A DNA stretch of 32,100 bases from an uncultured Terriglobales bacterium (GTDB taxonomy: Bacteria; Acidobacteriota; Terriglobia; Terriglobales; Acidobacteriaceae). Made by a program: the position numbers and the translations under genes. The stretch lies in the NCBI GenBank assembly GCA_964439635.1, contig CAYTPH010000001.1, positions 3,969-36,068 of the forward strand, in the 5' to 3' direction. The number at the start of each line of letters is the position of its first letter. The first letter of the stretch is position 1. The notes under the pieces are model-generated. The model worked only from the letters and a program-made list of their open reading frames with translations, made no database searches and was not told the origin of the DNA. This document shows, in pieces, positions 9,074-16,514 of the stretch.

Positions 9074-9248
9074 GCGGAGGCGCCCGCGTGGCGCCCCTGG
9101 CCTGACAGCAGGGACCGCGGACAGGACGGCGAGTCCCCGGCAAGGGAAGAAGACGGGACCGCGTTTGCGTCCCGCCGGTTAGCAGTGGCGGTAAGGGAAA
9201 GAGGAGCACGAGCGGTTACTTCGGGCACCTTGCCGGCGCCCGGGTTGC

Positions 9249-9278
9249 TTGACTCGGCGATCGCGACGGGCATACGAT
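9249..9278 (+). promoter_or_regulatory. Candidate sigma70-type promoter for the giant surface-protein gene
   Basis: TTGACT (9249-9254), a 17/18-nt spacer, then ATACGAT (9272-9278). This would give a leader of about 190 nt. Confidence 0.3.
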
Positions 9279-9471
9279 CGCCCCCTCCCCGACCCGCAGT
9301 TCTCCCCCAAGACGTGTGCGGTCTCCCCATCCCCCGCGGGAGGCGTGTCCGCTCACGGCAGTCCGGGCCCAGGTACAGCTTTGAGGACGACCCCAGGTGG
9401 TGGTTGCAGACCCCTCCGCGACGGAGCGTCTGCGCGCCGGACAGGGTACTGAGGGATTCAGGAGAGAAGCC

Positions 9472-12400
9472 ATGACACCGAGCCGCCTTTTCCAGACGTT
9501 GGTGATCGTCATCATTCTTGCGTTTGTCGCCCTGCCGGGCTGGGCCGGCGACGTGCAGACCAGCACCGCCCTCAGCAGCGCCACCCGCACCGCCCCACGC
9601 CAAGTCGCGTTCGGCGACGTCACCGGGGATGCCAACATCGACGCCGTCGTGGGCTTCAGCGGCCAGATCTGCGTCTTTGTCGGCGACGGCACCAGTCCCT
9701 TCCCTACCCCCACGGCTGAGACCGCCTGTGTCGCCGTGGCCAGCAACTTCGCCATCGCCATCGGGGAGGTCACCGGTGACGCGATCGCCGACATCGTGGT
9801 CAGCTCGGGCCGCGATATCGTGCTCTTGACCAACAATCCCAAGGGGACCTTCACCGCCTCGACGGCGGAGAACAACGCCGCCGACGCCAGCAACACCATC
9901 AGCGGCATCATCCTCATCGACGCCGATAACGACGGCGACACCGACATCGTCGCCACCGACACCAACGACACCGTCATCGTCGATCGCAACGCGGCCGGCT
10001 TCGGCGGCGGTGCGGTCAAGACCAACGTGACCGGCGCCGGCTCGCTGACCGGCGGCCTGGCCAGCGTGGGCGACATCAGCACCACCCCTGATTCCCTTCC
10101 CGAGCTCGCCGTGGCTGATGGCGGCAATAGCCGCATCTTCATCCTCACCAACGCCGGCGCCGGGGCTTTCACAGCGGCTCCGTTGGACACCATCACCACC
10201 ACCACCGCGCCTACCGGCATCGTCAGCGCCGATTTCGACGGGGATGGCGACCTCGACGTCGCCGCCTCCTTGAACACCGCGGGCAGCGGCGTGGGCATCG
10301 CGCTCAGCGCCGGCGCGGTGGCCAATCCGTTCCCGGCCGCCGCCACCGAGGTGGCTGTGACCGGCACCCCCAGGGATATCGGTGCCGGCGACTTCACCGC
10401 CGACGGCTCCCCCGATCTGGCGGTCTCGACCACTTCCGGCGGCGTAGGGCTGCTGAACAATGGGGCTGGTGTCTTCACCGCCGAACCGCCCATCGCCGCC
10501 GGCACCACTCCCCAGGGTATTGCGGTCGCCGATCTGCACGGCGACGGATTGGACGACGTCGCCATCGCCAACAACGGCAGCGATGATGTCAGCATTTTCC
10601 TGGTCAGCGGCTTCTCCTCCGTGAACGGAGACAACCCGCAGCCCGGCGGCGCCGACCCCTTCGAGGGCGTGCCCTTCTCCGGCATCCAGGTAGCAAACTT
10701 TAATTACGACCTCCCCGTCACCACCGCGGAGTTCACCGCCACCATCGATTGGGGTGACGGCAGCGTCTCCCCCGGCGATGGACAGCCGGTCACCATCACC
10801 GGCGGCGCCGGCGTCTTCGGGGTGTCGGGCAATCACACCTACTCCGACCCGCTGGCTACGCAGACCTCGCCCTACACCATCACCGTCACGATCTCGAACA
10901 CCACGCCGGGGGTCTTTACCGTGAGTCCGGGCACCGCGCCCACCGCCACCGTGCAGGACACCCCCATCGAGGTCAGTCCTCCGGCCACCGCGGACGTCAA
11001 CGGCAATCCGGGTCTGCTCTCGTACCTGGTCGCCAACTTCCACGACGACAACACCACCTCGGACGCGACTCACTACGACATCAGCGTGGACTGGGGCGAC
11101 ACCACCTCCGACAACTGTCCCGCCCCCTGCGCCGGCGTGGCCCAGACCGCCAGCGGCCCCGGCGGCAAGGACTACGGCGTCACCCTGTCGCATAACTACG
11201 CCGCCCCTGGCACCTACACCGTCATAACCACCATCACGGACGCCGAATCCGGCGGCACCGAGACCAACACGGTCTCCATCAGCGCTTTCATCGGCACCAT
11301 CAGCAATCTGGTTCCCACCCCCATCGCGGGCTTTACCGAGGGCACGCCGGCCACCGGTGTGCTGGCCTTCGACAGCAGCCGCGTGGGCGCCGCTGCGGGC
11401 GAGTTCAGCATCTCCGTTGACTGGGGCGACAGCACCCCGCTCGACGTTTGCAGCGCGCCCTGTGCCGACGTCAGCGGTCCGGTTGGTTCGACCTTCACCC
11501 TCAGCCGGAACCACACCTACAACAACGAGACCGACGGGACGCCTTACAACGTCACCTACACCGTCACCGACATCAGCGACGCCAGCGTGGGCACGGTCGG
11601 CACCACCGCCACCATCACGCAGGCGGTCATCAGCGTGACCGCCAACCCGGTGGCCCGCAACGAGGGCCAGCTCTTCACCGGGGTCATCGCCAGCTTCACC
11701 GATCCCAGCGCGGCCTCGCCCAGCGCTGACTACGCCGCCACCATCGACTGGGGCGATGCGACCTCCACCACCTGTCCTTCCGCCACTTGCACCATCACCA
11801 GCGCCGGCGGGGGCAGCTACAACATCAACATCGTCGGTACCGGTAAGCGGTACCTGAACGAAGGCCTGTACCCGATCACGGTCGACGTCACCGACCAGTC
11901 CTTCGGGCCTTATAGCGACACCGACACCGCCACCATCGCCGACGTCGGCCCGGTCGCCGGCGCCACCACCTTCACCGTCGGGACCCTGGCCAGCCCGCTG
12001 CTGGTGGGCGTGGACAGCTTCTCCGGCAACGTGGCGGAGTTCACCGACCCCAGCGGCACCGAGGTGGCCGGCAGCTTCACCGCCATGATCAACTGGGGTG
12101 ACGGCAGCCCGGATACGGCCGGCACCATCACCACCGTGACCCCGGGTGTCCCCGGCACCACCGCCGGCGTCTTCCGCGTGAACGCCAGCGGCACGCCACA
12201 TACGTTCACCAACGTCAGCACCACGGTCACCATCACCATCAGCGAGGCCGACGGGACTCCCGCAACCATCATCGTGGTGGACACTGCCTTCACCACCAGC
12301 ATCTCGGCGGTGACCGCTACGCCGTTTGCGGCGACCGAAGGCACGGCTTTCCTCGGCGCGGTGGGCTCCTTCACCAGCAACCGCTCCGTGCCGGCGCCGG

Positions 12401-14970
12401 CGGCTGGCGAGTTCTCTTTGGTCATCAGCTGGGGCGACGGCTCGCCTGATACGGTCTGCAGCGCGCCCTGCGCCCTGGTTTCCGGCGCCGGGCCGAGCTT
12501 CACCATCAGCGGAACCCCGGCCCACATCTATACCCACTTCGGCTCCTACCCGGTGAACATCACCGTAACCGACATCATCGACGGTAGCAGCCGCGCCACC
12601 GCGGCGCCCGCTACCGCCAGCGTGGCTGACGCGCCCCTCATCAATTCCGACTTCCACCCCGCCGTCAGCGGGACGGAAGGCTCCGCCCTGAATGGCGGCG
12701 TCCCCTTCGATATCGCCCTCTGGGAGGACACCAACCCCTTTGCCACTCCGGCCGACTACACCAGCGGCACGGGCAGCATGATTGTCAATTGGGGAGACGG
12801 CACCAGCTCGCCGGCTGACGGCGGTCCGGTCAACGTCCGTATTCTCTTCGGTTGCGGCGGTGCGTCGCCCTGCGTGTTCATGCTGAGCAGCACCCACACC
12901 TACACCGAGCACGGCCCCTACGGCACCGAGTTCGTCGTGACCTCGGACGGCGGAGCCTCCATCACCATCAATCCGGGCGGCGCGACGCTGAACGTCTCCA
13001 TCGCCGACGCTCCGCTGACCACGCCCACTCCTGCCGCAGTCGTGGGCACGGAGGGCCTGGTCCTCAGCGGTGGCGCACCCACCACGGTGGCCACCTTCGT
13101 GGACGACAACCCGTTCGCCACCCCCGCCGACTACACCACGGGCACCGGCAGCGTGACCATCAACTGGGGTGACGGCAGCCCGACCTCTCCGGGCGATGGC
13201 CAGCCGGTCAGCGTGGTCGTGCAGAGCGGCTGCGCCGGCGTGGCTCCGTGCGTCATGGCTGTCCGGGGCATCCACACCTACACCGAGCACGGCAGCTACG
13301 GCATCCAGGTGGACGTCCTCGATATGGGCGGTTCTGCCCTCACCATCAACCCGGGTGGGGCGACCCTCAATGCCAGCATCGCCGACGCCCCGCTCACTCC
13401 GGGTGCGCCGGTGGCCCTGGCCGGCACCGAGGGCACGGCCCTCAGCGGCGTGGTCGTGGGGACCTTCACCGACGGGAACCCCTACGGCCTGGCCACCGAC
13501 TTCACCGCCAACATTGATTGGGGCGATACCACCAGCTCCGCTGGCACGGTCACCGTCCTTAGCGGCTGCGGCGGCGTGGCTCCCTGCATCTTCCAGGTCA
13601 CCGGAACCCACACCTACGCGGCCTTCAATCCGGCCTACGCTATTTCGGTAGGCATCACCGATATCGGTGGCTCCACCGCAACGCTTACCGGCAGCGCGGC
13701 CATCGCCGATGCGGCGCTGACGGCGAATGCTCCGCCGGCCATCGTGGGAGTGGAGGGCGCGGTGCTGAACGTCAGCGTCGGCAGCGTCCTGGATGCGAAC
13801 CCCTCCGGTGTCGCCTCCGACCTCTCCGCCATCATCGATTGGGGTGACGGCACCGCCACTTCCGCGGGCACCGTCACCGGCGCGGTGGGCGGGCCGTTCG
13901 ACGTCAGCGGCAGCCACCAGTACACCGCCGCAGGCACCTATGGCGTTGAAGCGGCGGTCACCAGTCTCGGTGGCTCCATCGCCACTATCAACCCGGGCGG
14001 TGCGGTCCTCAACGCGACTATCTCGGACGCGCCTTTTGGCAGCTTCATCGCCAACTGCCCGGACATCCCGGCGGTGCCCTGCCAGAAGGTGACCCCGGCG
14101 GGTCGTGGCGTGCAGCCGCCGGTGCTTTTCGGCACCTTCACCGACACCAACCCCTTCGGCCTGGCGTCGCAGTTCACCGCTACCATCGACTGGAATGACG
14201 GTACGGTGGGCCCGGCCTTCGCCATCACCCCGGTGGGCTGCACCGCGGCCGGCTGCACGTTCGAGATCTACGGCGACCACCAGTACGCCGTGCCCGACGT
14301 GACCTTCGCCGTGCACATCACCATCCACAGCCTGGACGGCGCCCCCGACTTGAACGTCATCGTGTTCCTCACCTCCGGTGAGGGCGGCGGCGGTGTCGGC
14401 GCTCCGCCGTACCTGACCACCGTGGACACTCCGACCATCACCGTCCGCAACGGCCAGAATGCCGTTTACGACTTCACCCTCACGCCCCTGAGCTTCCCGG
14501 CGGGGTTCCCCTTCGAGGTGACCTTCTCCTGCATCCCGCCGCTGCCCCAGGGCGTGACCTGCGTCTTCAACCCGCCGTCGGTGCCTGATGTCACCGTGGT
14601 CCGCAACATGACCTTGACGGTGCACACCACCGCCCCGTCGGCCGCGCTGCGGCCTCCGCTCGGCGGCGCCGGCCCGATGCTGGCGTACTGGCTGCCGGCC
14701 TCGGGGCTGGGCATGTTCGGTCTCATGCTGGCCGGTTCAGGCGGCAGCCGCAAGCGCCGCGTCCTGTTCTGGACGATGGTCTCGCTGCTGTTCATCACCG
14801 TGGCGGCAGTGGGCTGCGGTGGCGGCGGTGCCACGTTCGGGCCGGTCCCCACCGGCGACACCTCCACCCCGCTGGGTAGCCAGGCGATCCGTATCCAGTT
14901 CAGCTCGCCCACGGCGCCGGCTGGCCAGCAGACGCAGACGTTCACGGTCATCGTGGCCGTGACCCCGTAA
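9472..14970 (+). CDS. Giant exported surface protein: 7 FG-GAP/VCBS repeats (beta-propeller), 11 PKD-like 'WGDG' Ig-fold repeats, a terminal Ig-like domain, a double TM segment and a short tail
   Basis: I chose ATG 9472, preceded by GGAGAG (track ORF starts at 9397). Signal peptide MTPSRLFQTLVIVIILAFVALPGWA. There are seven Dx[DN]xDGxxD-type FG-GAP motifs (GDVTGDANIDAVV, DADNDGDTDIVAT, ADFDGDGDLDVAA, GDFTADGSPDLAV, ADLHGDGLDDVAI ..). There are eleven [IV][DNS]W[GN]DG...HxY repeats. 1832 aa. A perfect terminator follows directly. Confidence 0.85.
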   Translation: MTPSRLFQTLVIVIILAFVALPGWAGDVQTSTALSSATRTAPRQVAFGDVTGDANIDAVVGFSGQICVFVGDGTSPFPTPTAETACVAVASNFAIAIGEVTGDAIADIVVSSGRDIVLLTNNPKGTFTASTAENNAADASNTISGIILIDADNDGDTDIVATDTNDTVIVDRNAAGFGGGAVKTNVTGAGSLTGGLASVGDISTTPDSLPELAVADGGNSRIFILTNAGAGAFTAAPLDTITTTTAPTGIVSADFDGDGDLDVAASLNTAGSGVGIALSAGAVANPFPAAATEVAVTGTPRDIGAGDFTADGSPDLAVSTTSGGVGLLNNGAGVFTAEPPIAAGTTPQGIAVADLHGDGLDDVAIANNGSDDVSIFLVSGFSSVNGDNPQPGGADPFEGVPFSGIQVANFNYDLPVTTAEFTATIDWGDGSVSPGDGQPVTITGGAGVFGVSGNHTYSDPLATQTSPYTITVTISNTTPGVFTVSPGTAPTATVQDTPIEVSPPATADVNGNPGLLSYLVANFHDDNTTSDATHYDISVDWGDTTSDNCPAPCAGVAQTASGPGGKDYGVTLSHNYAAPGTYTVITTITDAESGGTETNTVSISAFIGTISNLVPTPIAGFTEGTPATGVLAFDSSRVGAAAGEFSISVDWGDSTPLDVCSAPCADVSGPVGSTFTLSRNHTYNNETDGTPYNVTYTVTDISDASVGTVGTTATITQAVISVTANPVARNEGQLFTGVIASFTDPSAASPSADYAATIDWGDATSTTCPSATCTITSAGGGSYNINIVGTGKRYLNEGLYPITVDVTDQSFGPYSDTDTATIADVGPVAGATTFTVGTLASPLLVGVDSFSGNVAEFTDPSGTEVAGSFTAMINWGDGSPDTAGTITTVTPGVPGTTAGVFRVNASGTPHTFTNVSTTVTITISEADGTPATIIVVDTAFTTSISAVTATPFAATEGTAFLGAVGSFTSNRSVPAPAAGEFSLVISWGDGSPDTVCSAPCALVSGAGPSFTISGTPAHIYTHFGSYPVNITVTDIIDGSSRATAAPATASVADAPLINSDFHPAVSGTEGSALNGGVPFDIALWEDTNPFATPADYTSGTGSMIVNWGDGTSSPADGGPVNVRILFGCGGASPCVFMLSSTHTYTEHGPYGTEFVVTSDGGASITINPGGATLNVSIADAPLTTPTPAAVVGTEGLVLSGGAPTTVATFVDDNPFATPADYTTGTGSVTINWGDGSPTSPGDGQPVSVVVQSGCAGVAPCVMAVRGIHTYTEHGSYGIQVDVLDMGGSALTINPGGATLNASIADAPLTPGAPVALAGTEGTALSGVVVGTFTDGNPYGLATDFTANIDWGDTTSSAGTVTVLSGCGGVAPCIFQVTGTHTYAAFNPAYAISVGITDIGGSTATLTGSAAIADAALTANAPPAIVGVEGAVLNVSVGSVLDANPSGVASDLSAIIDWGDGTATSAGTVTGAVGGPFDVSGSHQYTAAGTYGVEAAVTSLGGSIATINPGGAVLNATISDAPFGSFIANCPDIPAVPCQKVTPAGRGVQPPVLFGTFTDTNPFGLASQFTATIDWNDGTVGPAFAITPVGCTAAGCTFEIYGDHQYAVPDVTFAVHITIHSLDGAPDLNVIVFLTSGEGGGGVGAPPYLTTVDTPTITVRNGQNAVYDFTLTPLSFPAGFPFEVTFSCIPPLPQGVTCVFNPPSVPDVTVVRNMTLTVHTTAPSAALRPPLGGAGPMLAYWLPASGLGMFGLMLAGSGGSRKRRVLFWTMVSLLFITVAAVGCGGGGATFGPVPTGDTSTPLGSQAIRIQFSSPTAPAGQQTQTFTVIVAVTP
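10660..14330 (+). repeat. Intragenic tandem array of 11 PKD-like domain repeats (period about 320-380 nt)
   Basis: W-G/N-D codon clusters lie at about 10746, 11089, 11418, 11747, 12090, 12429, 12787, 13164, 13516, 13838 and 14189. Units 7-9 are the most similar to each other, with an exact 378-nt spacing of the DAPL boundary (12628, 13006, 13384). Confidence 0.75.
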
Positions 14971-14987
14971 GCGGCTCGGACTTAGCT

Positions 14988-15017
14988 CCCCGGCGGGCAA
15001 CCGCCGGGGATTTTTTT
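14988..15017 (+). terminator. Rho-independent terminator of the giant gene (possibly bidirectional for the convergent small gene)
   Basis: Perfect 9-bp stem CCCCGGCGG / CCGCCGGGG with loop GCAA, followed by A-TTTTTTT. It starts 18 nt after the TAA at 14968-14970. Confidence 0.85.
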
Positions 15018-15028
15018 GTGGGCTTGGG

Positions 15029-15271
15029 CTATTTCGAGGCGGCCAGGCGGGAATCCAGGTCGGCCAGCGCTCGCTGCAGCATCTCCGTCAGGCGCGGGTC
15101 CTGGCTCTCCCGCAATTGCGCCAGGATGCGCGCTCGCGACAGCTCCAGCGTCTGTCGCCGCCGGCGCCGCTCGGCCTCTTCCGGGGTGGCCGGCGCGGCT
15201 GCGTGTTTGGGCTTTTCCTGGGCTTCGCTGATCTGCTCCTCCACTCCCTTGCTTTCCCATCCGCGGGCCAT
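15029..15271 (-). CDS. Small (80 aa) Arg-rich, predicted helical/coiled-coil protein of unknown function
   Basis: MARGWESKGVEEQISEAQEK...EEAERRRRRQTLELSRARILAQLRESQDPRLTEMLQRALADLDSRLAASK. Its ATG overlaps the upstream gene's stop (ATGA on the minus strand at 15273-15269). Confidence 0.6.
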   Translation of the reverse strand: MARGWESKGVEEQISEAQEKPKHAAAPATPEEAERRRRRQTLELSRARILAQLRESQDPRLTEMLQRALADLDSRLAASK

Positions 15272-15870
15272 CAGTGCGTCCTCTGCAAGCGCGCGATCAG
15301 CTTCTGCGCCAAGTTCTCCTCCGACTCCGACCACAACACCCGGCCGCTGATGCCGCAGTGCTGCTCCACCGCGCTGGAGAAGGCCACCAGCTTCTGTACG
15401 TTCTGTTTCACCCGTGCCTCGGCCTCGTCCGTGAGCGGCAGGTCCTCCCACAGGAACGGCGTGTCCAGGCCGAAGTCCACCTGGATATGCCCGTCCTCCT
15501 GGCACAGCCCCTCGCCGAACTCCGTTCCCAGCGCCAGGAAGCGCACCGGCTGCGGCTGTTGGACCCAGGCCTCCTCGGGCTCCTCCTCCGAGGGACTCCA
15601 CAGGTCCCACGCCGCCTCGAAGACGTACGCCGAATCGGCATGCAGGAACTCTCGTGCCAGCTCGACCGCCTGCTCCGGCGGGGTGGCTGAGTCGAAGGTC
15701 TGCTGGAAGGCCAGCGGCTCCTCCCAGGCGATGGGATGCACCGCCATCGCGGTGATCCCCGGCCGCTGCTCCGAATATGGGAACTGCCGCAGCACCGACA
15801 GCGCCCGCGGCAGCATCTCCTCCTCTGCGAAGCTGGGGAACCACAGGTTCAGGTAGAGGGAATCGGCCAT
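15271..15870 (-). CDS. Acidic cytoplasmic protein of unknown function (199 aa)
   Basis: ATG at 15870. It has protein-like composition, unlike the Arg/Pro/Gly-rich shadow frames here: MADSLYLNLWFPSFAEEEMLPRALSVLRQFPY...VKQNVQKLVAFSSAVEQHCGISGRVLWSESEENLAQKLIARLQRTH. I recognise no family. Confidence 0.7.
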   Translation of the reverse strand: MADSLYLNLWFPSFAEEEMLPRALSVLRQFPYSEQRPGITAMAVHPIAWEEPLAFQQTFDSATPPEQAVELAREFLHADSAYVFEAAWDLWSPSEEEPEEAWVQQPQPVRFLALGTEFGEGLCQEDGHIQVDFGLDTPFLWEDLPLTDEAEARVKQNVQKLVAFSSAVEQHCGISGRVLWSESEENLAQKLIARLQRTH

Positions 15871-15953
15871 GGCGCGGCTCTATTGTACGCTTGGATGCGG
15901 GGCCGCCCCGCCGCCCGTTGCAATCCGCGCCGCCCCTGTACTATTGTGCCCGC

Positions 15954-16313
15954 GTGGCTTGCATCGTCCGTCACGAGGGAAATGTCGCCGTCCTCCAGCT
16001 CGAGGGCAAGCTGGCGCTCGGTCCGGGGCTGGACGATTTCCGCCGCGCCTGGTCGGAGACGCTGGGCTCCGGCTGCCGCAACCTGGTGGTGAACCTGGCC
16101 CAGGTCCCCATCATCGACTCCTCCGGTATCGGCACCCTCATCCGCTTCCACTCCGCCGCCGTCGCCTCCCACGGCAAGGTCCGCCTGGTCGCGCCCACCG
16201 AGTTCGTGCGCAAGGCCCTGGAGCTCAGCCAGCTGCACACCATCTTCAAGATCTACGACGACGAAAGCGCGGCCGTCTCCTCCTTCGATTCCGGCGCCGC
16301 AGCCAAGCCCTGA
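15954..16313 (+). CDS. STAS-domain protein (anti-sigma-factor antagonist, SpoIIAA/RsbV family)
   Basis: GTG 15954 gives 119 aa: (M)ACIVRHEGNVAVLQLEGKLALGPGLDDF..NLVVNLAQVPIIDSSGIGTLIRFHSAAVASHGKVRLVAPTEFVRKALELSQLHTIFKIYDDESAA. This is the canonical STAS layout with the phosphorylatable DSSG motif. The start codon is uncertain and there is no SD. Confidence 0.75.
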   Translation: MACIVRHEGNVAVLQLEGKLALGPGLDDFRRAWSETLGSGCRNLVVNLAQVPIIDSSGIGTLIRFHSAAVASHGKVRLVAPTEFVRKALELSQLHTIFKIYDDESAAVSSFDSGAAAKP

Positions 16314-16317
16314 TGCT

Positions 16318-16347
16318 TTGACACTGCTTCCCGCGCGCTGCTACAGT
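16318..16347 (+). promoter_or_regulatory. Candidate sigma70 promoter for tRNA-Glu
   Basis: TTGACA (16318-16323), an 18-nt spacer, then TACAGT (16342-16347). It lies 24 nt upstream of the mature tRNA 5' end. Confidence 0.45.
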
Positions 16348-16370
16348 TGAGCAGGTAGCTCCTGCCCAGC

Positions 16371-16448
16371 GTCCCCGTCGTCTAGCCCGGCCTAGGACAT
16401 CGCCCTTTCACGGCGGTAACACGGGTTCGAATCCCGTCGGGGACGCCA
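16371..16448 (+). tRNA. tRNA-Glu(UUC): tRNA-Glu (anticodon UUC), CCA encoded
   Basis: Acceptor stem GTCCCCG/CGGGGAC. Anticodon arm TCGCC-CTTTCAC-GGCGG (anticodon TTC). T arm ACGGG-TTCGAAT-CCCGT. Discriminator G plus CCA. It closely resembles the E. coli tRNA-Glu sequence. Confidence 0.95.
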
Positions 16449-16514
16449 TTCCTCCGGTTGCGAAACTCCCCTCCCGGCGCTACCATGCGCTCGCAGAACC
16501 ACAGGGGGTGCGGC

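Noticed and set aside
8956-14625. An 1889-aa ORF on the minus strand, antisense to the giant surface-protein gene. It is longer than the sense ORF.
   Set aside because: It is a shadow ORF. The sense gene is built almost entirely from GC3-rich Gly/Ala/Thr/Val/Asp codons, so the sense codons TTA, CTA and TCA, which would give antisense stops, are virtually absent. The translated product is low-complexity Gly/Arg/Ala/Asp with no motifs, no SD and no signal. The sense strand has clear domain structure, an SD and a terminator.
14689-14760. Calling the WLPASGLGMFGLMLAGSGGSRKRR segment a bona fide PEP-CTERM signal.
   Set aside because: It lacks the P-E-P core and lies about 70 residues from the C-terminus. 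No exosortase gene is in the window. I kept it only as 'sorting-signal-like' in the finding.
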